This document shows positions 46,944-56,429 of a stretch of DNA of 64,000 bases, in pieces. The stretch covers positions 17,310 to 81,309 of the forward strand of contig JBCCQY010000019.1 of assembly GCA_039208735.1 (NCBI GenBank), given 5' to 3'. Every line of letters starts with the position of its first letter. The stretch's first letter is position 1. The DNA is from Myxococcota bacterium (GTDB lineage: Bacteria; Myxococcota_A; UBA796; GCA-2862545). The notes beneath the pieces are model-generated. The model saw only the letters and a list, made by a program, of their open reading frames with translations. It did not search any database and was not told the origin of the DNA. Position numbers and translations under genes: made by a program.

Positions 46944-47513
46944 ATGTCTGTTTTTGCTCGCCACAACCTCGTTTCTCTTGACGAGTACCTCGCCGCCGAA
47001 CGTAGCTCTCCGCTCCGGTACGAGTTTTGTGACGGTCAGGTCTTCTTGATGGCAGGGGGCTCTCCGAGGCACAACTTCCTCGAAACCCGACTTCTCCAGT
47101 TGATTGGCTCCGCTTTGACCGACTCATCGCGCTTTGCGATGACCTCCAACCAGCGACTGTCGACCGCTGACGAACTGTACACCTACGCCGATGGCTCGAT
47201 CTTCTGCGGCGATCTCGAGGTTGGAGAGGACCAAACCGCAACGAATCCGGTGGTGGTTATCGAGGTGCTTTCCGACTCCACTCGTGACTACGATCGAGGC
47301 GAGAAGCTTCGCCGGTACCAAACCATCCCGTCACTCCGGCATGTCGTGCTCCTCGAACAGGACGCGATCGACGTCGAAGTCTGGACGCGAACAGACGCAG
47401 GTTGGCAGCGATGCGTCTACGTCGACGACCAAGACGAAGTCACGCTTTCGGGGATTGGCGTGGTGTTGCGAGCAGGGGACATCTACGAGGGAGCGTTTCG
47501 TCTACCGAACTAG
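46944..47513 (+). CDS. Uma2 family (PD-(D/E)xK-like) protein
   Basis: RYEFCDG..MAGGSPRH, PVVVIEVLSDSTRDYDRGEK..Y..IPSL. Confidence 0.92.
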   Translation: MSVFARHNLVSLDEYLAAERSSPLRYEFCDGQVFLMAGGSPRHNFLETRLLQLIGSALTDSSRFAMTSNQRLSTADELYTYADGSIFCGDLEVGEDQTATNPVVVIEVLSDSTRDYDRGEKLRRYQTIPSLRHVVLLEQDAIDVEVWTRTDAGWQRCVYVDDQDEVTLSGIGVVLRAGDIYEGAFRLPN

Positions 47514-47641
47514 CGCCCGCCGACAAAGCTCATGATGGTTTCAAGCGGGTTCGCAACCGACTTGGCCGGTTCTCTTCCCGTCGCGCTTTCAACCGGGTGG
47601 CAGCTCCCGTGGAGTGAACGACGCGGGGCAAGGGGAAGGAC

Positions 47642-48199
47642 ATGCGCTACAAAAGAACCCACGAGCGGCGGTCGCCGGCTCGCCGAGGCAAAAACCGCCT
47701 CGATCGTCCGCTCCGACAAGCTCCCAGGTCCTTGTACACCCCTCCCGAAGACACCGGACCGTTGATCGACACGGACCCAACGGGCTTCACCCCACCCACC
47801 ACCCGGGTCATCCGATTCCCCGAGGAGCCCCCAGACGTCATCCTTGGCGAGTCGCTCCCACCGGAGCCTCGACCCTACCTTGAACCGATCACGAAACCCC
47901 TGAAGCCCGTCGTCGCCAATCGACCGAGCCGGGGTCCTCTCCGGGTACCGACCACCCGACCCAAGGAGTCCGGGCTCGCCAACCCGCGAGCATCCTTTGC
48001 CGATGGACAAGCCACCGTTATTGCGCCCCCTCCGCTACCCACCCGCATCTCTCGGTCCATCAGTCGGGTGGACCCCTCCCCGGCGAAGCGTGCCCGCGTG
48101 CTCCTGTGGTTGGCCGCCTGGATCTTCCTCATCGGCGTACCTGCCGTCGCGCTGGAGTTCCTCATTCCCGGCCTTTGGCAGCCACTGACGGGCCCCTGA
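47642..48199 (+). CDS. Pro-rich protein with C-terminal TM anchor
   Basis: RBS GGAAGGA; TM VLLWLAAWIFLIGVPAVAL. Confidence 0.55.
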   Translation: MRYKRTHERRSPARRGKNRLDRPLRQAPRSLYTPPEDTGPLIDTDPTGFTPPTTRVIRFPEEPPDVILGESLPPEPRPYLEPITKPLKPVVANRPSRGPLRVPTTRPKESGLANPRASFADGQATVIAPPPLPTRISRSISRVDPSPAKRARVLLWLAAWIFLIGVPAVALEFLIPGLWQPLTGP

Positions 48200-48219
48200 T
48201 TCGACCGGCTTCAACGGTG

Positions 48220-48645
48220 ATGCGGCTCACCCCCGCGAGGTTTGCTGAAGAACACGGGGTGACGGTGGGCGCGTCCGAGGCTTCGGTGGTCGGGTCTTCG
48301 TTGAGCGAAGCGCGAGAAGCGATACGAACGCTGCTGACCGACCGAGCCGACGCCGATCTCGCGCCCGTGCGAGCCTTGCTGCAGGCGGCGCGGGTCGGAG
48401 TTGACGACCATGGGTTGACCCTGCACGCTGATCCGGCCTGCCGCACCCTCGCCGTGCGCGCGGTTCATGATGCGGTCGAACTTTTGCACCGGAAAGGCCC
48501 ACGCATTCGCAGCTGTGCTCATCCTACGTGTGTGTTGTGGTTCCTCGACACGACCCGCAGCGGTACCCGGCGTTGGTGTTCCATGGCCACCTGCGGCAAC
48601 CGAAGTAAAGCGAGGCGCTTTTCCGATGCTCGGAAGGGTCACTGA
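48220..48645 (+). CDS. CGNR zinc-finger protein, apparently N-terminally truncated
   Basis: CAHPTCVLWFLDTTRSGTRRWCSMATCGNRSK. Confidence 0.75.
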   Translation: MRLTPARFAEEHGVTVGASEASVVGSSLSEAREAIRTLLTDRADADLAPVRALLQAARVGVDDHGLTLHADPACRTLAVRAVHDAVELLHRKGPRIRSCAHPTCVLWFLDTTRSGTRRWCSMATCGNRSKARRFSDARKGH

Positions 48646-48748
48646 TTGAGAAATCAGGACGCATATCGGAACTCGTTCTGTAGCGGATGCCGAAGCGGGA
48701 ACCTGAACGTTAAGCGGGCGGCGCGGGGTTGGGAGTACGCACGTGGGC

Positions 48749-49072
48749 ATGTCACGGTGGATCGAGGGTCTTGCTGCACTTCTCGTCGTCGCCTGTACAG
48801 GAGACGACCCTGCGCTCGAGAGCGGCGACACAGGAGAAGAAGAAAAGGAAGTCGGCGTCAGCATCGGGGCCCAGGTATTCGCGGCCAATTGCGCTCGATG
48901 CCATGGCAATAATGGGGAAGGAGGCATCGGGCCCAAGCTCGCGGGCCGAGCCCTTATTCCTTTCGACGTGATCGGCGTTGTGACGAACGGCCAAGGGACG
49001 ATGCCTGCCTTTGGGAACGTGCTGACCATCGACGAAATCGATAGCGTCGCGTTTTTTGTCGAAACGCTGTAG
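48749..49072 (+). CDS. Class I cytochrome c lipoprotein
   Basis: Lipobox VVAC, heme motif CARCH, GPKL, MPAF. Confidence 0.92.
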   Translation: MSRWIEGLAALLVVACTGDDPALESGDTGEEEKEVGVSIGAQVFAANCARCHGNNGEGGIGPKLAGRALIPFDVIGVVTNGQGTMPAFGNVLTIDEIDSVAFFVETL

Positions 49073-49160
49073 ACCCAAAATGCACGCCTAGCGTGCATCT
49101 CAAGGACTTCCAACGTTTGGGACTCGGGCGTACAACCAGGCCACATCCCTGGAGAGCGCC

Positions 49161-49730
49161 ATGATGACTCGATTAGCCCTGGTTGCCGGTGCTTGGTTTG
49201 CCCTGGACTCGAATGCACACGCAACGTCCGTCGACCTTGGCGTCAACGCCCTTGCCGCCACCACAGGGACCGCTGCCATTTCGATCGATGTGGCGGCGAG
49301 TCCAACGTTCAGCCTCGAGGGACTGGTCGGTGCAGGACGCAGCACGATCGACCTCGACGGCGGCCAGCGTTGGGACTATGTCTGGCACCCCAACAACTTG
49401 GTCGGAAAGTTCTACTTCATCCCTGACAAGGGTGCGGATCGCTTCCATGCACTGGTGTTCGGCTGCTACGAGTCGCGCATCTTTCAGCTCCGTGACCACG
49501 ACCTGGACTTCGACCCCGACGTGACGGCTCGCCGCATCGGTGCGGGCGCGGGCATCGGCTGGAAGCAGGTCTTTGACGTCGGACTGGTTCTCGAAGCCAC
49601 CGCGGGAGCCGGCTACGAGTTCGCGCGCTGCGAGGCCTACGAGACGCCAGATCGAAGTGGTGAGGTGCCAGACACCGAGTGGGACCCCCTGCTCGTGCTC
49701 GCGCGGGTCGGGCTCGGCTGGCGGTTCTAG
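49161..49730 (+). CDS. Small outer-membrane beta-barrel-like protein
   Basis: Signal peptide ending AHA; C-terminal RVGLGWRF beta-signal. Confidence 0.75.
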   Translation: MMTRLALVAGAWFALDSNAHATSVDLGVNALAATTGTAAISIDVAASPTFSLEGLVGAGRSTIDLDGGQRWDYVWHPNNLVGKFYFIPDKGADRFHALVFGCYESRIFQLRDHDLDFDPDVTARRIGAGAGIGWKQVFDVGLVLEATAGAGYEFARCEAYETPDRSGEVPDTEWDPLLVLARVGLGWRF

Positions 49731-50623
49731 AGATCAGGCCCCCGTGGCGTACGTTCGCGGTAGTACGCCACGGTGAAGTCGACGAAGGCGCGCACCGCAG
49801 GCAGGACATGCTGGCGGCTCGGATAGACGAGTTGGCCCGAGAGAGACATGCCCACGACATCCTCGAGCACGAACTCGAGCGCGCCTCGTTCGCGATGGGG
49901 GTTCGTATACGGGTCGGGAAGCAGGGCGATGCCAAGTCCCGCAATGGCTGCCCGGAGACTGGCTTGAACGCCCTCACAGGCGAAGTGCGGTCGTACCGCG
50001 ACCGACTCCCCCGTCCACAAGGGCCATGCCGGATCGGGAAGTCCAGATTGACCGTAGCCAACCACACAACGGTGCTCTGTCAAGGCGGCGAGATCGCGAG
50101 GTCGGCCCATGACCGCCAGATAGGCGGGGGAAGCCACGAGGCTGCTGCGGGCGTTGCCGAAGCGTCGCGCGATGAGCCCCTCCTCGGTCACCTCACCAAA
50201 GCGGAGGGCTACGTCGATCCCGTTTTCCAGGAGGTTCACATGCCGGTGCGTGGACTCGACCAACACCCTCACGGACGGAAACGCCACCGCAAAATCGACA
50301 AGCAAGTCCGTAAAGATTGCACTCGGTGGGGTTGAAATCCGCAACGGGCCCGATGGATTTTCGCTTTGGGCCCTGACTTCCTGCCATGCAAGATCGGCTT
50401 CTTGGGCGATACGACGGGCTCGCTTGACGAGCAGTTCGCCCGCGTAGGTCAAGGACAACCGTCGTGAATCTCGATGGACGAGCCGCACCCCAAGTTCGCG
50501 TTCGAGAGACGATAATCGGCGACTGAGCGTCGATCGCGTCATCCCTCCCTTCTCGGCCGCCGCCGCAATGCTGCCCGCCTCCACAATGGCCAGCAACTCG
50601 ACAAGCCGATCCACCGAACGCAC
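49727..50623 (-). CDS. LysR family regulator
   Basis: GSIAAAAEKGGMTRSTLSRRLSSLERELGVRL; DVALRFG. Confidence 0.93.
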   Translation of the reverse strand: MRSVDRLVELLAIVEAGSIAAAAEKGGMTRSTLSRRLSSLERELGVRLVHRDSRRLSLTYAGELLVKRARRIAQEADLAWQEVRAQSENPSGPLRISTPPSAIFTDLLVDFAVAFPSVRVLVESTHRHVNLLENGIDVALRFGEVTEEGLIARRFGNARSSLVASPAYLAVMGRPRDLAALTEHRCVVGYGQSGLPDPAWPLWTGESVAVRPHFACEGVQASLRAAIAGLGIALLPDPYTNPHRERGALEFVLEDVVGMSLSGQLVYPSRQHVLPAVRAFVDFTVAYYRERTPRGPDL

Positions 50624-51257
50624 AAACCACCTCCCATCAGTCGAGGTAATGCTGCCGCTGCGACGAACGAAAGAGAAGGCCCAACACGATCAGTTGCACA
50701 GACGGGGGACGTTCACTCATGCGCGGACGGTAGCACCTCTTGACGGCCTTCGGGCGCACGCCAGCCGTGCAGTGGCGCACGGCCGGCCTCACATCGAGGC
50801 AGCCTAGGACGCCCTTACCATCATGACATTGACCACCGCCCTCATCTGGCCACCAGCCGTTGGGGCGTTGATCGTCAGGGGACCTGGTTTTGCGCCCAGA
50901 TCTCCAGGTCGGCCGTCGCTTCGAGCAACGGCGAAAGTTGACTGGCGGCCTCGACGACCCGTTCGAGAGCCTCAACCTCCGTTGTCACGATGCCCGTGTC
51001 CGCCAACACACAGAGACGACGGCGGGCCTGACGCAGCAATCTGCGAAGGTCGTTGGGCGGCGGCGGCACGGGAGCCCCGGCGATGACTTTCATCCGATGT
51101 CGAAGCACCCCGTGGATCGTGCCGTCCGCTTCCATGACCGTAGCCGTGACGGCGCTCGGGGAAACCCCCGAACCAGAAGTTGCCACCATCGCATAGTGTT
51201 CACTCTCCCGACGACGCCGCATCTTACCAAAACAACAATATCGTGCATCGCACGGCA

Positions 51258-52695
51258 TCAGGCAGCAGTATTTCGAAGGAACGAGCGAAACATAAGGTCG
51301 TAGGCTCGCCTGGAGCCAGACTTCGAGACGTACACCATGGACTCTCCGTCACGCCGAAAGTCAAGGCCCAAAAGGTCCCTTAGGGCGACTCCGTGTTCAG
51401 AAAGCATCATCAATACCGCACCGACCTGCGGACCAGCGACGGACCATACCTCGGCGTTCCACTCCGCCGAGTGGGAAGGTCGCCGAGCAAACAGCGTCTT
51501 CGTTTGGTAGCCCATACGGTGAATGGCATCGCACTCCCACGCCACACCGTCGGTTTGGTCCACCAGAACCAAGATCGCACGAGAACGCTGCATGAGGCCC
51601 ATAATCGCAGACTGCCAATCGTCGGGCGACACCGAGGGGTGAACGGGCCCAAAGGCAGCAGGTGCGGAAGGGTTGGGGTTGCCCAAAGCAACGACGGGAC
51701 CGATCGACCATCCTTCGTGAGCGACGATGTGCTCAACCGTCTCATCCGCAGCCACGAGCGAGTCGAGCCAAGCGAATACCCCATGGTTCCGACGTACGAG
51801 TTGGCGGTTATCGGTGCGAAAGGACCGCAGGAAGAGGACGGGCGCTCTGCGGTCTTGGCCAGTTGCTTGTTCAAGGGTGATGATGGTCAACCGGCGTCCG
51901 TAGTCTAAGAGGCGACGTCCTAAAGCTAGGCTTCCGCCACCTACAATCACAACACCCAAAAGGCCAAGCGACCACCCTGCCTGAGTCCAACCATCTGGCG
52001 TAAACAGCACCGAAACAACGATTGAAATGGATGGAAGCGCAAAGGAGACCATCACGCCGAACCCAAGGCCAATCAACACATTGGCCAGTCCTAAAACTCC
52101 GAACGTCCAAATCCTGGCTCGAACATCGATGGGCACCGTGGGCGGAGCGTTGAAATAGTCGAAGACTTTGCTGATGAATCCAGAGCGAACAAAACCATCC
52201 GCAAACAGCCTTCGTTGGGCTTCGGGAAGGGCGGCGGCGGTAGCCAAGGACCACGTCAGGCTCCCCCCCCCACAGCGCCATGGCGGCCAAGAAAGCATAC
52301 ATGGTCATCGGTGTCGATTGCTCGGAAAGGTCCGCAAACGTAGCAGCAAGCAACGCAACCACGCCGAGGGTCCACATGGCCGCCATCCCCGTGAGAGGAA
52401 CGGTAAGCCAGCGGCTGAGTTGAAGACTCAGTACCGTCAGCCCATGGATTGCAAGCAGGTAAACAGTTCCTGCGCCCACCCCCAAGAAAGGCACGACAAC
52501 GATCGGTACCCACATCTGGACTTCGGGCTCATATAGTTCGTCGTAAAAGATCACCTGACCCACCGCTGCGGGTACGATGAGCAATACATACAAAAGCAAG
52601 CCGCCCTGGGTATTGCTGCGGAATAGATTCATGAAGAAGCGAACCCTCAGGAACACGGGTTCGAGACCGTCGAGATCCACAATCTTCAACGTCAT
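51258..52695 (-). pseudogene. Multi-TM protein with C-terminal TIR/NDT-like alpha/beta domain, frameshifted at a G9 tract (52263-52271)
   Basis: Removing one G joins ...AAMALWGG to SLTWSLATAAA.... C-terminal motifs DRRAPVLFLRSF, GPVVALGNP, DDWQSAI, TDGVAWE. Confidence 0.75.
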
Positions 52696-52757
52696 GCAGT
52701 TAGCCCCTACACGAGCTGGTCTAACCAGATTCACAAACGTTGAGCCTCGAACTCCAG

Positions 52758-53192
52758 CTATCCGGGCCGGCTGCCCATCTTTTCGGGTGAAAACAGGTTG
52801 AACGTGCCCACGCCAAAAGCAACCGCTTCCCCGGAGGACACCAGTTTGGCGGTTCCGGTAATGACCAACAGGGATTTGCCTGCCGACTGAAGCGTAGCTT
52901 CCGCCACCACTGTCTCCCCTTCGAGGGCGGGACGAAGGAAATTCACCTTCATCTCGACCGTGCTCACGAGGCGATTGCGCGGCAGCGCATGCACCAGTGC
53001 GGCCCCTCCAAATGTGGTATCGAGCAGCGCCATAATGGCCCCTCCATGCACCACCCCGGGGGCACCGGTGTGTTTGCGATCGATGCGCATACGTCCCGTG
53101 ACCACGCCGTCCTTGAGCTCTCCTTCCATCTCCAGCGTTTGGAAGAGCCCTCCACTCTCGCGGAGCGCACGCACGATGTCCTCAAAGTCCAT
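52758..53192 (-). CDS. PaaI family thioesterase
   Basis: GVVHGGAIMALLD, TVEMKVNFLRP; RBS GGAGG. Confidence 0.93.
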   Translation of the reverse strand: MDFEDIVRALRESGGLFQTLEMEGELKDGVVTGRMRIDRKHTGAPGVVHGGAIMALLDTTFGGAALVHALPRNRLVSTVEMKVNFLRPALEGETVVAEATLQSAGKSLLVITGTAKLVSSGEAVAFGVGTFNLFSPEKMGSRPG

Positions 53193-53246
53193 GGAGCCTC
53201 CCAACCCTTCGCTGGTCGACATAGGCCCTTCACCATGGCGCTCCAA

Positions 53247-53274
53247 TGCAACATCTGTGGCCTGTCTTGTTGCA
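53247..53274. promoter_or_regulatory. Inverted repeat TGCAACA-N14-TGTTGCA between divergent thioesterase and LysR genes; candidate LysR site
   Basis: Read directly; position is typical of LysR autoregulation. Confidence 0.5.
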
Positions 53275-53283
53275 AGATTGGAC

Positions 53284-54189
53284 ATGCTTGATGACCGTCG
53301 CTATTTCGTCGCCCTCGCGAAAGCCGGCAGCTTCTCCCGCACCGCCCAAATCCTCAACGTCTCCCGTTCCACCGTGATGCGCCGGCTCGACGCTTTGGAA
53401 GCCAAACTCGGCATCACGCTGATCCACCGGGTGGGCCGGCGGTTGGCTCTGACCGAGTCAGGGCGTCGCTACGCCGAGTCACTCAAGCCGGTCTTCGAAG
53501 CGCTCGATCGGGTGGAGCAGGAACTCCACGAGGCAGATGGCCGGCTCGTGGGACGGCTCCGGCTCGCCCTGCCTTTCCTGGGGTCGAGCCGTTTCCTCAC
53601 CCCGGTCCTCGCCGCCTTCCGCCGGACCCATCCTGGAGTAACGCTCGACATCGAACTGGCCCGAGATGTGCGAAACCTCGAAATGGGCTCCTTCGACGTG
53701 GCGATGCAGTTCGGAACGCGCGCCAACCCCGACCTTCGAGCCCAGTTGCTGTACCGCGAACAGATCATCCTCTGTGCCGCGTCTTCCTACGTGGACGCAA
53801 GGGGTGCACCGACGTCGCCCGAAGCGCTCTTGGCGCATCAGGTCATCCTCCTAAGGGACCTTGAAGGCCGAGTCATTCCCTGGCGTCAAACCGATGGACG
53901 CCGAGTGGAGCTTCCCGCCCCGGCGGCGGTGAGCAACTCGCTCATGGTCTCGTTCGAACTCATGCTCGAAGGGGTCGGAATCGCCCGCGTTCCTCGTCTA
54001 CTGGCCAGCGAAATGCTGCATGCGGGTACCGCCGTTCACGTCCTTCCCAACGTCACATCCGAAGCCCCGCTGCTCTTCGTCTACCCGCCCGAACCCAACC
54101 CCATTGCACGTGCATTTCTGACGTTTATGGGTCAACAATCCGAGCTGATCACCGAGATCGCCAAGCGACTCCAGGAGAAGAGTGGATAG
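53284..54189 (+). CDS. LysR family regulator
   Basis: GSFSRTAQILNVSRSTVMRRLDALEAKLG. Confidence 0.93.
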   Translation: MLDDRRYFVALAKAGSFSRTAQILNVSRSTVMRRLDALEAKLGITLIHRVGRRLALTESGRRYAESLKPVFEALDRVEQELHEADGRLVGRLRLALPFLGSSRFLTPVLAAFRRTHPGVTLDIELARDVRNLEMGSFDVAMQFGTRANPDLRAQLLYREQIILCAASSYVDARGAPTSPEALLAHQVILLRDLEGRVIPWRQTDGRRVELPAPAAVSNSLMVSFELMLEGVGIARVPRLLASEMLHAGTAVHVLPNVTSEAPLLFVYPPEPNPIARAFLTFMGQQSELITEIAKRLQEKSG

Positions 54190-54190
54190 C

Positions 54191-54209
54191 GAACCGAACC
54201 GTTCGGTTC
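54191..54209. other. Perfect palindrome GAACCGAAC-C-GTTCGGTTC (terminator hairpin or orphan operator)
   Basis: Immediately after the LysR stop, between convergent genes. Confidence 0.45.
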
Positions 54210-54264
54210 CGATGGCGGAAGCGGCATTGAGAATCGCCAGACGCCGGGCCTCTCCCCGTTTTCC

Positions 54265-54861
54265 TTACCGACGCTCCCAGGACACCGTGAGCGATCCGGA
54301 AGGTTGAACCTGCAGCGTGAGCCTCGCCGGGGTGAGAACCCGCAACGGTAGAAGCCCCTCGGGCGTCTGCACCAGCAGCTGAGGCCCCTGGTCAGGCGGA
54401 TGTTCGATGCGAACCCACTCCGCCCCCAGCTTCGCGCGGCGTCCAGAAGGCCCAGGTCCCGCGACGGGAACGGTAACCGACACGGCCCGGGGGCTGTCGG
54501 GTGACGTGTGCAGGCGAACGTCGAGGCCCCCCGTCGCTTGCGGAGGGGGGAATGTGGTTTCTCCTGGTGGTAACAGCCAGTATTCAACGCGATTCAGCCA
54601 CCCGGGGACCTCGGGACGCACGATGCGGACATGGCACGGCAACATGGCCCCTGGGCGGTCGCCAAGCTCAAATCGTGAGCCGAGGTCCAACGAACGGTAG
54701 GTCGCGGGTCGGTACGCGACGAGCGCTGGAGGCTGGACCTCGACCACCGAAGCTCCTCCCTCAATGAGGCAATTGGGAAAATCCACGAGGTTCATGGGAG
54801 GGGGAGCCTCGAGAGTCCGGCAGCCCAAAGTGAGGAGAAGGGCAAAGCTAGTTGATCTCAT
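54265..54861 (-). CDS. Lipoprotein; candidate immunity/partner protein
   Basis: Lipobox TLGC; start overlaps the last 14 nt of the upstream M91-like gene. Confidence 0.65.
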   Translation of the reverse strand: MRSTSFALLLTLGCRTLEAPPPMNLVDFPNCLIEGGASVVEVQPPALVAYRPATYRSLDLGSRFELGDRPGAMLPCHVRIVRPEVPGWLNRVEYWLLPPGETTFPPPQATGGLDVRLHTSPDSPRAVSVTVPVAGPGPSGRRAKLGAEWVRIEHPPDQGPQLLVQTPEGLLPLRVLTPARLTLQVQPSGSLTVSWERR

Positions 54862-55747
54862 AAGAATGGCGAATCCGATAGCCACGGGCCTTTCGGTACA
54901 GGTTCTCCGTCGGGCCAAGGTACGTCTGTGTCGGATGCTGGGCCATCGCTGCGAGCACGTCGGGAGGAATACCCGCCGGCGAGGCGCCAGGTGAGATCAC
55001 GCCCAGGTGAGTCTGCAACTCATACAGATCGATGGTGTTGCCGGTCACAGGATCCGTTCCTTTCCCAGGCAGCTTGGCGCCGCGATCTGCGAGATCGTGA
55101 TGGAGGAGTTCGCCAAACAGTACCGAATCCGACTCCGGCGCGATGGGGCGCCCGTTCGCATCATCGTAGGTGAACGTCGTGTGACGCCCTCCGGAAAGGT
55201 GCCCCGGTGCAGGGAAATAGACTGAGTCGTTGAGATACCACGGTGAATCAGCGTCCAACGACCGGATGGTGACTGGGGACTTGCCGTTGATGAGCCGCCC
55301 GAGCAAGTCCAGCCCGATCTGGGTCGTCGCCATCTTCTTCAAATCGCCGAGCACCTGCGCTTCGAACCCCGGGGTCTGGGCGCCAAGCGAAACGGGCGCC
55401 GACTCGCCAGTTCTTGGCATTCGGTGAAGTGTATCGTCAATCCGAAGCTGTGTGCGACCGGCCTTGATGTCATCGAGCAACGCCGTGACCGGATCCTTCG
55501 AAGAGGAGGACGTGCACCCCGTACCGAGCAGTGGCCCCAACAAGCCGACCGAAGCCAGGAGAGGCGTTGGTTGATTGCCCGACTGACAGAGTGCCAACTC
55601 TTCCGCCCGGTGGGAATTGAAGCCCAGCGATGGCGGCTGACCACCGGTTTTGACTGCCGCATCTTCGAGCGACGCTTGGAGTGCGGCCCTTTGTTCACCC
55701 TTCATGATCCCCCACCGGCGCCTCTTAACGGGCGACACCGGAGTCAT
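54848..55747 (-). CDS. Peptidase M91 (NleD-like) domain protein with degenerate HExxH
   Basis: LKKMATTQIGLDLL..VTIR, VLFGELLHH..G, TENLYRKARGYRIRHSY. Confidence 0.65.
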   Translation of the reverse strand: MTPVSPVKRRRWGIMKGEQRAALQASLEDAAVKTGGQPPSLGFNSHRAEELALCQSGNQPTPLLASVGLLGPLLGTGCTSSSSKDPVTALLDDIKAGRTQLRIDDTLHRMPRTGESAPVSLGAQTPGFEAQVLGDLKKMATTQIGLDLLGRLINGKSPVTIRSLDADSPWYLNDSVYFPAPGHLSGGRHTTFTYDDANGRPIAPESDSVLFGELLHHDLADRGAKLPGKGTDPVTGNTIDLYELQTHLGVISPGASPAGIPPDVLAAMAQHPTQTYLGPTENLYRKARGYRIRHSYEIN

Positions 55748-55755
55748 GAACGTCG

Positions 55756-56322
55756 TTAGCTGTTTCGTCGGGATTGCAACCTGGCCATCCGCTTCTCAAA
55801 GGCCACGCCACTGGAGCGTCTCGATGCCGGAGTGTCAACGACCAGGCGAACATTAGCCTGGGCGAAGTACGTGCCCGCCCGTCGTGGCGTGGTCCAGGGT
55901 TGGCTTCGTCCCAGGCTACGATACGCGAAGACGTCGTAGCCAAGCTGTCGCTCCAACGCGGTTTTGATGACCATCGCGGATTCGAGGTCCGCTTCCGTGA
56001 ACGAAAGGAATGCGCGCTTTGCGTTCGGCAACACGACCGCCTCGTCCATTCCATCGAGGAACTCGTCCTCCCAGGAGGGGGAAGCCGCAAACGATGGGGT
56101 CCCTTGAAAGGCATCGAGGGGCAGGAGCCTCACGACGTCGCCCTGTGGCTCCTCCGGATGACCCCATCGGGTTTCAATGCCATACGGAGCCAGCACACTT
56201 GTGAGCTGGTGGAGCACACGCCCTTCGGGGGAACTCCCAACCGGACTTCCGAGGAGGAAGCTTGTAATCAGGAGCATCAACAGGTGTACGCTACCCCGAA
56301 CCCTCCGAACGATGTCGTCCAT
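55756..56322 (-). CDS. Signal-peptide-bearing protein with short TIR-like domain
   Basis: RBS GGAGG; N-terminal RRVR plus hydrophobic stretch. AFLSFTEAD..A..I..AL..GYDVF..LVVDTPASRRSSGVAFE. Confidence 0.65.
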   Translation of the reverse strand: MDDIVRRVRGSVHLLMLLITSFLLGSPVGSSPEGRVLHQLTSVLAPYGIETRWGHPEEPQGDVVRLLPLDAFQGTPSFAASPSWEDEFLDGMDEAVVLPNAKRAFLSFTEADLESAMVIKTALERQLGYDVFAYRSLGRSQPWTTPRRAGTYFAQANVRLVVDTPASRRSSGVAFEKRMARLQSRRNS

Positions 56323-56429
56323 CCCACCTCCCCGGTGACGACGCCAGGGTTTACATGGGCACGGCAGGACCCTTCGGCAACTCCGTCCACATCCCCCCGC
56401 GTGGGGTGGCGTAGAATGGCGGCACCCAA

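Noticed and set aside
46944..47513. Uma2 gene as a restriction or defence system
   Set aside because: Stand-alone member of a commonly expanded family, with no methylase or partner gene.
50637..51258. Short ORFs upstream of the LysR gene (e.g. 50875..51258 minus)
   Set aside because: No recognisable motif or convincing RBS; could be real but cannot be supported from sequence alone.
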